Assembly: GCF_011386835.1 (NCBI RefSeq)
Contig: NC_088802.1
Coordinates: 44,392,001 to 44,456,000, forward strand
Source: Chrysemys picta bellii
Taxonomy: Eukaryota
Direction: 5' to 3'
DNA length: 64,000 nucleotides
The number at the start of each line of letters is the position of its first letter. Positions within the stretch are counted from its first letter, which is position 1. The translations under genes and the position numbers were made by a program. The notes beneath the pieces were generated by a model that searched no databases, was not told the DNA's origin, and worked only from the letters and a program-made list of their open reading frames with translations. Shown here in pieces: positions 25,601-35,721 of this stretch.

Positions 25601-28497
25601 TAGTTTATTTTAACAAGAGGAGACACCATACTGATTATATGACTTAAACATGAAAATGAATAATACAAACCACCACTTAATTTAAGTGAGGCTGCCACAG
25701 ACTCCAGGAGCCCTTGCTTAGGTCCAACTTGCCTCACAGTGCACAGGGCTTTGACCATGAAAGTGAGGTAACAGACGCGTTAATGATGAAGAAAGCTGTG
25801 ACAATAGACACTGATCTGACTTTTCTACACAAGAGATGAACCCCACCCCGCTGATGTCATCTACCAGGCTACATACATGTCTGATAAAGGAATGTCTAAT
25901 AAAATCTGCATTGGGCTAGATCTTCAGCTGGTGCAATTTGGTGCAGCTCCACTGAGACTTCCATGACTTTGCTGAGTGTTTGGAGCGCTGTCTCAGCGTT
26001 CGTCTCAAAGCTGCTGCTTCAGGCAAAATCTCTCCATTAAATAAAGAAATCCTCCTTGCAGCCTGTGCGCTGGTACTAGGTGTATCCACTGCTCCATGAT
26101 CACATGGTTTTTCTAAGGCTGAAAAAGGGGATGTGATCCCTGCCTCAGGAGTAGCAGAGAATTGCAGCAGCATAGGCTCCAACCTGCTCTAGCCCTGCTC
26201 CGTGGCTCCCAGCAGTAACTCTTCACACAAGCCTACAGATTGCCGGCACTTCTTCAGAAGCTCAAAGCTGGGTATGGATTATTTTTCTCAGTACCGTCTT
26301 TTTCCTAGTGATCAACATTTAAATGTTCACTCTTAAATGTTCACCTCGGGCTGAGCACCCAGCTTAGCTCACTTCCTAGATCCCCGGTCAGGGCACTAGT
26401 GAAATCACTGCAGGATTGGCTTTGAATGGGATTAGCCTCTCCCTCCTGACCGATACCTTAAAAATTGCCATGTTGAGAGCCTCCAAGCAAGAAGAGGAGA
26501 AAGAACGGCCATGGAAGCCATGTAGGAAAACAAGAATAAAATACAGAGCAATTTCCTTACTCTGATAGCGGCCTGTTTACATTGCTTCTCATCCAGGCAG
26601 TCGCCTGCCACCTTGGCCAGGCTAGGATCCAAGGGGTTGTCCTTCAGATCCAACCACTTCAGATTCTGCAGGAAGGAAACACAAATGGGACCAGGCTAGA
26701 GTAGGCACACATCAGTACAATGTTAAAGAAAGAGCAATAACAAGACTGTGTTTTATTCTAGAGAGTTCAAAGCAGAAACAAAGAGCTATTTAGTTGTCAG
26801 GTGAATGAAAGAGATATGGGAGACAAGTGCAGATTTCAGGCAGGAGTTTAATTGCAACAAAACTGTGGCAGTTTTGTCAAGGGCAGTGCTGCAGATCCCA
26901 GTTACATTTTGGAGCTCATAGTGGTCTGCTGGCAGAGAGACTGACATTTTACTAGAGAAATCAACTTCAGAAGAATCATGAGACTCTGGGCTACACTCCA
27001 AGGCCTTACGTAAACTGCCTAGCAGAGGGGGTTTACCTTGAGCTGTGCAAAACTGACTGGTAGCATGGCTAATCGGTTGTTCAGGAGATCCAGGTGCTGC
27101 AAGTTAACCAGGCGACCAAAGTCTGAGGGGAGTTGCTGAAGCTGATTTTTACTCAGATCAAGTTTCACCAGGTGGGTCAAACTGCAGAAGTCCGACTGGA
27201 ACCCAAACAGGAGTGAAGAAGTTTACAAGCTTGTCAATCATCTTTACTAAGGAATAACAGATATATCAGCTAGCGTATGCTGCACACTGCAGGGAGCTGA
27301 GGAAGATCTACATGGACTTGGATTCATTACAAAGCTGCTTGTGTGATGAAGGAAAGTTACTCTCTTCCCCCTCTACTCTCGAACGGTGAAGTAGGGAACA
27401 GTGGATACTCTCCTAAACAGCGCTACTCATAGCAATATAATTACAATGAAAATAAGACATACAGTGGTGCTTTTGGTATCCAGCTGGTAGAGCACTTTGG
27501 AATGGAAACTGCTATAATCTTCACTGAGTACACTCATTTTCTACAAGAAAGCCCAGCTAATATGCTATGCCAGCCAACCTCAGTAAAAGTCAATCACCTA
27601 CACTGACCCCTCTGTAATGGTGGCAGTGTCACTCATCCTCCCAAGAAGCTAAGAGAACTGTTAGTTACCACACTCCCGCCTGGTCCTCCCATGCAGGAGG
27701 ATTGTACCTTTCCAAAGGTATTTCCAAACAGACCCCTCCCTCCTCCACAAAGCTTCTCTCTCATCTTACCGGTAGGGAAGTGAGGTTGTTACAGGACAAA
27801 TCCAATATGGTAGCCTTTGGAAGGGCAGCCTGAAAAAGAGCCAAGGAATCAAATTAAACCTATTTCAAAGCTACAGTACTTTAATGCAGTTGATACCCTG
27901 CTGTTTACGTTTCTGTTTCAGTCTTTGGGATTTCTCCCATACATGGAGTTAAGAACTCCCCAGTTGTTACCATTCGAGTTACCTTTGAGACGCTTACATC
28001 TCACTCAAATTCAGGGGCTTATGAACACTGCTCCCCCTGAAACAGGTTCTTCACCCAAAGCATCAATTTAACCCACAATCCACCAGATTTGTTAAATCAG
28101 TCGGGAACCTTCTCTTCTTCAGGTCACTTCAACCACCAAAAGTCAGGACGACAGGAAGAGTTCAAGGTTGTGTATCCTTCTCTTCAGGAGAAACAGTGTG
28201 TGTGCCTTCCAAACACACAACGGGCAACACCTCAAGCTGATAAAAACCACAAAACTTACACAGGGCCCAAGACATTCCCAGGAATCACCCCGCCTCCCCA
28301 CCCCCAGGATTAGTACATTCACAAAGACCAGGGGTAATCTCAGAGGCTCCCCTGCAATACCTTACATCCCCCCAGGAAAGACTGATACTGACCAGTTCTT
28401 TGACTGGTACCTCATTCAGGTCACTCAGGCTCAAGTCCAATTCATTGCCATCAAGTTTGTCTTTCAGGTTTACTCCTTTTCCTCCAGCTTTTGCCAT
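22666..28497 (-). CDS. LRRC59: Leucine-rich repeat-containing protein 59 (p34; ER/nuclear-envelope membrane protein), complete, 306 aa
   Basis: Exons complement(28393-28497, 27770-27829, 27037-27195, 26561-26665, 25262-25334, 23701-23874, 22666-22910) = 921 nt, GT-AG. Translation includes [55 protein letters not shown], the LRRs, the coiled coil [35 protein letters not shown], and a C-terminal TM segment [20 protein letters not shown]. Confidence 0.97.
27853..28132. repeat. Copy A of a locally duplicated ~280-nt structured segment (LRRC59 intron between coding exons 1 and 2)
   Basis: Aligns by eye along its length to 30583-30861. A 35-nt block is identical (27909-27943 = 30633-30667). Confidence 0.85.
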
Positions 28498-29540
28498 GAT
28501 CCTATTGAGAGAGAAATTCAGAGTCTCAAGTGGCTCATTCTTGGAACGGGAAAAAGACAAGGAATGGAGATGGGGGGGCACCAATACATTTTAACAAGCC
28601 TCCAGATTTTCTTTTACTCTGTATCTACCTAACAAGTACAGCAGGAGTAATGACAGCTGTCATTCCCTGCATGTATGCCTCAACTGTAACCTTTAAGGAC
28701 CTCCTTTAGAGGCCAGGGATATTTTGGTCCCCCTGGGCCATTCAGATCTTGCTGGTCCAGGTGCCAGTGTTTACCAGTTCAGGCTAACTGAGGATGTGGC
28801 TTTTGCAACCTGCCTACTGGGAACTGGACTGACAGCCCACCAACTCATTTAGCACAGGCTACTGAACAGCCCACCACATGGGAAAACTATTGGTCGTTCC
28901 TCTTTACTAGTTCAAGCTGGATATGGACTGGCAACCTCCACGTGAGACGCCTGATAGAGATCCTTAGTGTAGGTCACAGCGTGCACCTTCAAGGCTTTTC
29001 TGACTGAGCAAGAATTTTATTTTCTCAGAAATAATCCAGCCTCCTCCAATGCCAGCCTAGGGAGGTGTTCATGGCAGCAGGGCCTCTAGGCACAGTGAGA
29101 ACATTGTGAAGTTTCTGTTTGTCCCACTGTCCGAGGGTTGAGGTTTTGGGGGGATGGGAGTGGGCTATCCCCAGGGTGTTTGTGAAGAGAGCTCTCTGTT
29201 TGAAGGGGAGCCATACAAGAGGGGTAACATGATCCCGAGTGGAGGGGGTGACTGGCTAGAGGGGGAGGAAGCAATACTGAACAGTGCATTGGCCCGGCTC
29301 CCTGACCCTCCGTCCCAGCACATCCTGCTGCCACTTTGCTGCTTTTATTCCCTTGCTTCTGGTAAAGGGGGCGGGGAGCACAAAGGCAGGAGCAGGGCGC
29401 ATCCCCAGGCGCCTCAAGGCGGGGGGCTTTACAGACACTGCATAGAGAGAAGATGAACCCAGTTCCCATCAACCCCATCCCCTGTGGGGGTGCCCCAGCC
29501 CAGCCAGGGCTTCCCCCCAGGGGGCCAAGAGGGAGCCGTA

Positions 29541-29800
29541 GACTGAAAGGCCTCCCCAATGCTCCCCTGCCACCCCCGCACAGGGACCCCCCCCATCCCA
29601 ATACCCTCGACCGCCCCCCCACATGGATCCCCCATCCCAAGACCCCCCGGCCGCCCCCCCCCCCACGGATTCCCCCCATCCCAATACCCCCCGGCCGCCC
29701 CCGCACATGGACCCCCCCATCCCAATACCCCCCGGCCGCCCCCCGCACAGGGACCCCCCCTCCCCAATACCCCCGGCCGCCCCCGCCCAGAGGCGGCGGA
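29541..29800. repeat. ~40-bp GC-rich minisatellite, 5-6 copies, at the start of LRRC59 intron 1
   Basis: Unit approximately cacagggacccccccatcccaatacccccggccgccccccg. It is G-rich on the LRRC59 sense strand. Confidence 0.85.
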
Positions 29801-29830
29801 GCGACCCCTCCCCTCGGGCCCCGCACTCAC

Positions 29831-29900
29831 CGTACCGCCCCACTCCTCTGCTGCCAGCCACTTCCGCATCCACGTCCCCGTCTCAGCCCACCAGCGCCAA
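29831..29900 (-). promoter_or_regulatory. LRRC59: Probable non-coding first exon and CpG promoter of LRRC59 (5' end approximate)
   Basis: Strong donor ACG|GTGAGT (exon ends 29831) inside a CpG island with an ETS motif CGGAAGT. The ATG exon carries an acceptor (tttctctctcaatag|GATCATGG) 4 nt before the ATG and sits in AT-rich, non-CpG sequence. Confidence 0.6.
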
Positions 29901-29994
29901 CGAGCCGGCCCGCTGGCCAAGAGGGCCCCACGCTCAGGCCGGAGGAGGAGGGACAGAGCGGCGCCCTCTGCAGGGCCAGCGGCTCTCAGCTGAG

Positions 29995-30475
29995 CGAGTG
30001 AGCGAGGGTGGGGGAGTGGCTGAAAGTGGGAACAGCGGGCGAGGTGGGGAGGGGTGAAGTTGGGAGCAGGGGGGGTGGGGAGGGGTGAAGGTGGGAGCAG
30101 GGGGAAGAGGTAACGGGGAAGGGTGAAGGTGGGAGCAGGGGGCGAGTGGGAAGAGGTGGAGAGGGGAGGAGTGAAGGTGGGATCAGGGGGCAGGGGGAGA
30201 AAGGGGAGGGGTGAAGGTGGGAGCAGGGAGAGGTGGAGAGGGGAGGGTTGAAGGTGGGAGCAGTGGGAGAGCAGGGAGAGGTGGAGAGGGGAGGGGTGAA
30301 GGTGGGAGCAGGGGGAGAGCAGGGAAGGGTGAAGGTGGGAGCAGGGGGAAGAGGTAATGGGGAAGGGTGAAGGTGGGAGCAGGGGGCAAGCGGGGAGAGG
30401 TGGAGAGGGGAGGGATGAAGGTGGGAGCAGGGGGAAGAGGTGGCAGGTGGGAGGGGTGAAGGTGGGAGCAGGGGG
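29995..30475. repeat. Purine-rich degenerate minisatellite upstream of the LRRC59 promoter
   Basis: About 11 copies of the core gtgaaggtgggagcag at roughly 30-47 nt spacing. The plus strand is almost all G/A. Confidence 0.85.
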
Positions 30476-30582
30476 CAAGGAGGAGAAGGCCCTTGCTAGC
30501 ACTGCTTTGTTTAACACAGTTGAGGGTGACACTGTTTCCCCTTAGTAGCTGTGTCTGATAGGGGCTCGGAAGCCCCGTTATT

Positions 30583-30861
30583 AAACCTGTACCAGAGCTA
30601 CAGTGCTTTAACGTATCTGACACTCTGCTCAAGTTTCTGTTTCAGTCTTTGGGATTTCTCCCATACAGAGAGTTTTAAGAGTTTTCCAGTTGCCACCATT
30701 GTGATCTCTGCCACACATCACTTTTGAGACACTTTTAATCTTCCTCAGATGCTCACTCAAATCCAGGTGTTTATTCCCCCTGAAATTGGTCCTTCCCCCA
30801 AAGCAACAACTTCATCCTCCAGCTACTAAATTTATTAGATCCATTTTCTTCAGGTTACGTC
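30583..30861. mobile_element. Copy B of the LRRC59-intron segment, inserted with a 13-bp target-site duplication
   Basis: AAGCCCCGTTATT occurs at 30570-30582 and again at 30862-30874, flanking sequence similar to 27856-28130. Confidence 0.8.
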
Positions 30862-31009
30862 AAGCCCCGTTATTCTGGGGAGCTCCCCATGTGAATCAGA
30901 GAGCCCACGAAATACTGGATGCTAAATCCCTCTGCACACATGTGTTGATCTCTGTTTACATGACAAGCTTGGGTGCTAAAATAAACCCAGGGGCTAGCCT
31001 TGGCTCTGA

Positions 31010-31734
31010 TGTAACTGAGGTATCATGGATCCAAGGGAGTGCTATGTCTCCTTAAACTGGGGCAATTATTTAGCATCTATGCTCCCTGTGGAATTGGTAT
31101 TCTGTGGTCTCTCCCTGCTTATCTTGCCACGGGGCTGCTTGTGCCTCAGTTTCCTGATCTCTGTAATGTGGTGTGTACCCCACAGGCTGTGAAGGGGTTA
31201 ATGTGGGTTTGAGGGGCCAGTTAGGTTACCTGGCTGCATCTGTAGGAAGAGTCATGTCTAACTGAATAAGAAGCCCAGATGGCCAGGAGTATAAAGACAG
31301 GAAGTTTGCAGCAGAAAGAGGCTGCAGGGACAGAATCTGCAGTTGCTGTCTGGGAGGAGCATGGAGGAGGGGAGGAGAAAACCAATGTGGGAGAATAAGT
31401 CCTGGGGTCCTAGCCCTGGAAGAAGGGTCAACCCCAGAGGAGTTGTGGCGAAAGGAAGCTTGAGAAAGCTAGGAAGGAAGAAGCCTAGGGAAATAGTAGC
31501 AAGGGGTAGGACTGTGCGGATCTTGTCTGCTTGTTATAGGATCTCTGGGCTGGAACCCAGTGTAGAGGGTGGGCCTGGGTTCCCCAACTGGCCACTGGGA
31601 AGTGGCACAGGAGTGTTGGCGATGCTCACCGGACAGCTGGTCCAGAGATACTTTATTACTCTGCAGGGGAAGGACTCTATAGTCACCTGGCTAGAGGGCT
31701 GAGTCACGAAGAGAGAACACCCTCAGTCGTGACA
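31010..31734 (+). mobile_element. Solo LTR (~725 bp)
   Basis: TGTAAC...GTGACA termini and an internal TATAAA at 31290. The end resembles other turtle-type LTRs (ctggctagagggctgagtcac...gtgaca). The TSD is not clean. Confidence 0.6.
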
Positions 31735-31968
31735 TGAGAGCGAGGGGTCACAGCTTGAGTAACTGACTGAAGAGAGTGCCAGACTGGACAAGAGCTGATT
31801 CCCCACAGCAGCCACAAGGAGTTGCCACCTGTAGTGAGAGAACCCTTCATTGCAGTTGTCCCCCTCGGATTCTCCTGGCACCTCTGGGACATGCAGGCCT
31901 CCGTCTCCCCCAACAGATGTTGGTGAACTGGGCAGTCATCCCACAACCTTGTCAGGATCTGGATCAAG

Positions 31969-32740
31969 CAGGGTTGCCAACTTTCTAATCACACAAAACC
32001 AAACACCCTAGCCCTGCCCCTTCCCTGAGGCCCCACCCCCTTTCCCATCCCTTCCCTGAGGCCCTGCCCCCCGTTCACTACATTCCCCCTCCCTCAGTGG
32101 CTCGCTCTCCTTCACCCTCACTCACTTTCACTGGGCTGGGGCAAGGGGTTGGGGTGCGGGAGGGGGTGAGGGCTCTAACTGGGGGTGCGGGCTCCAGAGT
32201 GGGACCAGAAATGGGGGGGTCATGGTGCAGGAGGGGGCTCCAGGCTGGGGCAGGGGGTTGGGGTGCGGGCTCTACCTAGGGGAGCAGGCTTTGGGGTGGG
32301 GCCAGGAATGAGGGGTTTGGGGTGTAGGAGGGGGCTCCGGGTTTGGGGCACAGGCTTCCCTCTGGCAGCTCCCAGTCAGCGGGGGGCTGAGGCAGGCTGC
32401 CTGCCTGTCCTGGCACCGCACTGCACCCCGGAAGCAGCCAGCAGGTCTGGCTCCCAGTCAGAGGCATGGCAGGTGGCGCTGCACGCTGCTCTCACCCACA
32501 GGTGTAACATCGACAGACCCTGATTGTCAGTGGGCAGGATTGAACCTGGGAACTTCGGCGCTAAATGCATGAGTCTCTGCTGCATGAACTAAAAGCCATG
32601 TGGCTCTTAGCTAAGGCTGTAGAGCAGACCCATTAATCTCTACGTGATCTCAATGCCATTAGATGGGACAGAGCACCATGCCCAGGAGGCCTGTGGGTTA
32701 CACAGGCACTGCCCCCACAGGTCCCATTGGCCAGGAACCA
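31969..32740. mobile_element. GC-rich hAT-like MITE (truncated), interrupted by a nested 200-bp element
   Basis: Starts cagggttgccaactttct and has the ggggtgcaggagggggctc-type internal repeats typical of this family. The host sequence resumes after 32702. Confidence 0.6.
32503..32702. mobile_element. 200-bp LTR-like element (TGTAAC...GTTACA) with a 4-bp TSD and internal tRNA-like boxes
   Basis: TSD CAGG at 32499-32502 and 32703-32706. The minus strand has a B-box GGTTCAATCC (32537-32546) and an A-box-like TAGTTCATGCAG. A second copy lies at 54937-55136. Confidence 0.8.
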
Positions 32741-32964
32741 CTTGTGCTTTGGTTAACTTCTTAAAGTTTAACTCTCTCTCTGCACAGCTGTATAATCTGT
32801 TTCTTAGGGAGTTGATAATATCTCGTCTTCCTTGTCTGTCCTTTCCTTCTCTCTACCCCAAAGAATGTAAACTACTTTCCCCCTGCTGTCCCTCTAACAG
32901 CTCTTTTTAGGTGTTTTTTGGAAAGCACTACTGTTGCAGTTAGTATTCTACTGCTAACCCCAGT

Positions 32965-34899
32965 TGTCACGTATCAACGGGGCATGCTATACCTCTGACC
33001 TTCGTACAGTCTCTCTGGGAGTGTGTCCTTCTTAGTGCTAGGCCCTGGGCCTCTACCTTTTACAAGGGCAAGCCCCGGAGCTCTGCTATTCCAAGACTGT
33101 GTCTCTGGCTTCAGCACCTCTGTTTCTCAGCATGGCTCCTTTAGCAGGTCCAAATGAGCTTGCATCTCTGTTGGAGACTTACCCTCCTAGGAGCCCAGCA
33201 ACCAACGGATGTTTCCAGAGATACAGGACAGCCTTTTCAAAATGACATCATTTATTAGTCAATTGGAAGACTGGGACACTACGTTAGAAGAGAAGAGCAA
33301 ACCCAACACATGTTTCTCCCCTAATTTGTCAGCTTCTGTGTATTCAATTAGGTGGTCCCTGCTTTGCCCCGGCCTGGGAACTAGACTGCATGCTGGTAGC
33401 ACCACCTCTCTGCCTTATCTAAATGTCCTGGATTGCCCCCCCAACCCACACAGAGGAGGATCTCATTGCAGTCCCCCAGCACCTTTGTCTCCAGTTCCAA
33501 TCATGCTGTTTTAACATGTCCTGCCAAGTTAATGGTCCAGTCTTTGGTCTTACATTGTATTTCCAAGGTCGCTCCATTCACATGTTGACAGTTCTTCGTA
33601 GACTTACACCCAGTCATTTCATTGCTTATTCTTAGACTTGGCAGAATTTGATATTTTTTTTTAAATAATTTTGATGGCTGATAGCCATGTTTATTTTTAA
33701 GCCATTTTTTAGATTTTTAGTGATTTTAAATGTTCACAATAGCAGGAAATGATGGGGGAGGGGTCAGACAATTATTTAATGACAGTAGACATTGAGATTC
33801 AAAAACGTAATACTTTATAAACCATTAACACAGACTGTCAACATCACATGTCAAACTATGCAAAGGTTATATCCTTAAATCAACAAATCATACCGTATTC
33901 ATTTGCTAGTCCATTTGGAACAAGTATAATTCACTGGATTATGACTAAGTTCTCAAGCACCACAGGCATAAGGTCTCACCCTGGTTTTCACCAACCTAGT
34001 TACTCTTTGGAGGGCGACACCAATAGCCCTTCCAGTCACAGGTCTCCCCAAGTTCTTAGTGACCAGACATTCGGACTGTTCCCCTCTAGTACGTCAACCC
34101 CCGAAGGTGTGAAACCAGCCCCCAGGTACTAGCTCACCTTGGCATACACACTCCACACAGTTTGCACCCCAGAGACCGGCTTGGTATAAAAATAAACAAT
34201 GTTTATTTACTAGAAAAAGCAGAGATTCAGAGATGAAATGGTACATAAAGATGCAACCTCAGGCTTTACACTCTCATATTACATCAAATCCCTTTTTAAG
34301 AAATTACCTACCATCTTAAAACAATTTCCCAGTGTACCCCTTAGCTACAGTGTTCACAGACAGCCTCCTGCCTCAAGGTTGTCCCCCAAGTTCTGGATGG
34401 TCTCCAGTTCAAAGCCCTTCCACTTTAAAAGGGTTTGTGGGGTTTTTCTTTAGTCTCTCTAGATATTAAAAGTGGGGGAAACCCGTTCCTTTCTTGGTTT
34501 CTGAACACCAGTTCAGTTTTCAGTTTCAAGCTGCTCCCACTTGCATTGATGTTCCTCATCATTTTTTCCTGGGATGGACAAGCCTAGGTGCTTGAAGCCA
34601 GTCTCATCTGGCTGGTGAGGTAGCCCTTCCCTGCCTGGTGAGTTGAGGCTGAAGTCACAACACACTTACAATTTTCTATATGTACAGACACACACACCTT
34701 CATAACCTGTATACATCTGACCTTGGCTATTCCGTTCCGTGCATTACAAGCTTTCATAAATGATCTTACTTGACGTTCTCTTACAGTAAAATAACACAGT
34801 GTGCAATCAGTTGGGTTAACTGCTTATTTTGCAGGGTTTAAACCTGCTGTTCTCCCCTGGGACTGCCAGGACCCTGATTGTTGTAGGCCTGGCTTGACA
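32965..34899. mobile_element. Long LTR-type element (TGTCA...TGACA) interrupted by a DNA-transposon fragment at ~33633-33960
   Basis: Inverted TGTCA/TGACA termini and a minus-strand AATAAA in 'aatgtttatttactagaaaaagcagagattcagagatg'. The TSD is degraded. Confidence 0.45.
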
Positions 34900-35506
34900 T
34901 GAGTAAGGTGAAGCCTCACTTCTTGGGTGACAGATTAAGGAGGTAAATGGATTGGCAGGCTGTAAACAGAATGTCTGTGCTAGCTCCGATAAGGGGGAAT
35001 GCTCAAGGAGCCACTTACAGTGGACAAGATAGCAATGGATAAGATAAGTCAGGAATGTAAATGTAAGATAAAGAGAAAGTCATACATGGAGAGCGCGTGG
35101 ACGGCACATACTGTACTGGGATTGGTTCCTATGAAGTGCCTAAGCAAATTCCACAATGTGTAATGCAGTATACATAAAGGAAGAGGTTTGCAGTGTAATT
35201 TTGATGGGTGGTATGCCCTGTACCCACCCCATATGCTTAAGCCTGATCAACTCAAGTGTAGTTTGACTGTATGCCAACAAAGTAATGAGTTCAAAGGTGA
35301 GTTGAGTTCTTGGGAACCAAGTGGATAAGGTCTCAAAAGCTACCCCAACATACTCCTAAGTGGATACGGTCTCAGAGGCTACCCCAACATATCAGCACTG
35401 TGACTTGGATCTAGAGCAGATAACGTAGAAACCCCTTAGGTGAGGGTCACAACCAAGCATTAAGAGAAATGGCACTGGAAGGATTTAAGGGTTTAAATAT
35501 AACAAA

Positions 35507-35721
35507 AAGAACAGGAGTACTTGTGGCACCTTAGAGACTAACAAATTTATTAGAGCATAACCTTTCGTGGACTACAGCCTACTTCTTCAGATGCATCCGA
35601 AGAAGTGGGCTGTAGTCCACGAAAGCTTATGCTCTAATAAATTTGTTAGTCTCTAAGGTGCCACAAGTACTCCTATTCTTTTTGCGGATACAGACTAACA
35701 CGGCTGCTACTCTGAAACCTG
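35507..35721. mobile_element. Penelope-like retroelement terminal fragment in inverted (palindromic) configuration, with a 13-bp TSD and hammerhead-like cores
   Basis: TSD TAAATATAACAAA at 35494-35506 and 35722-35734. The palindrome 35504-35683 is centred on ATGCAT (35591-35596), with 4 non-Watson-Crick positions in 90 bp. The sequence gtggcaccttagagactaac...cagactaacacggctgctactctgaaac is the reptilian Penelope terminal repeat as I recall it. Confidence 0.88.

Noticed and set aside
25780-25820. ATGATGA...CTGA resembling C/D snoRNA boxes in an LRRC59 intron
   Set aside because: The span is only ~35 nt, it is antisense to the host gene, and there is no terminal stem.
25916-26182. 88-aa sense-strand ORF in LRRC59 intron 4
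   Set aside because: No convincing splice sites or recognisable homology, and the canonical exons already give a complete protein.
29086-30632. Long Pro/Gly-rich ORFs (up to 367 aa) on both strands
   Set aside because: They arise from stop-poor GC-rich minisatellites around the LRRC59 promoter.
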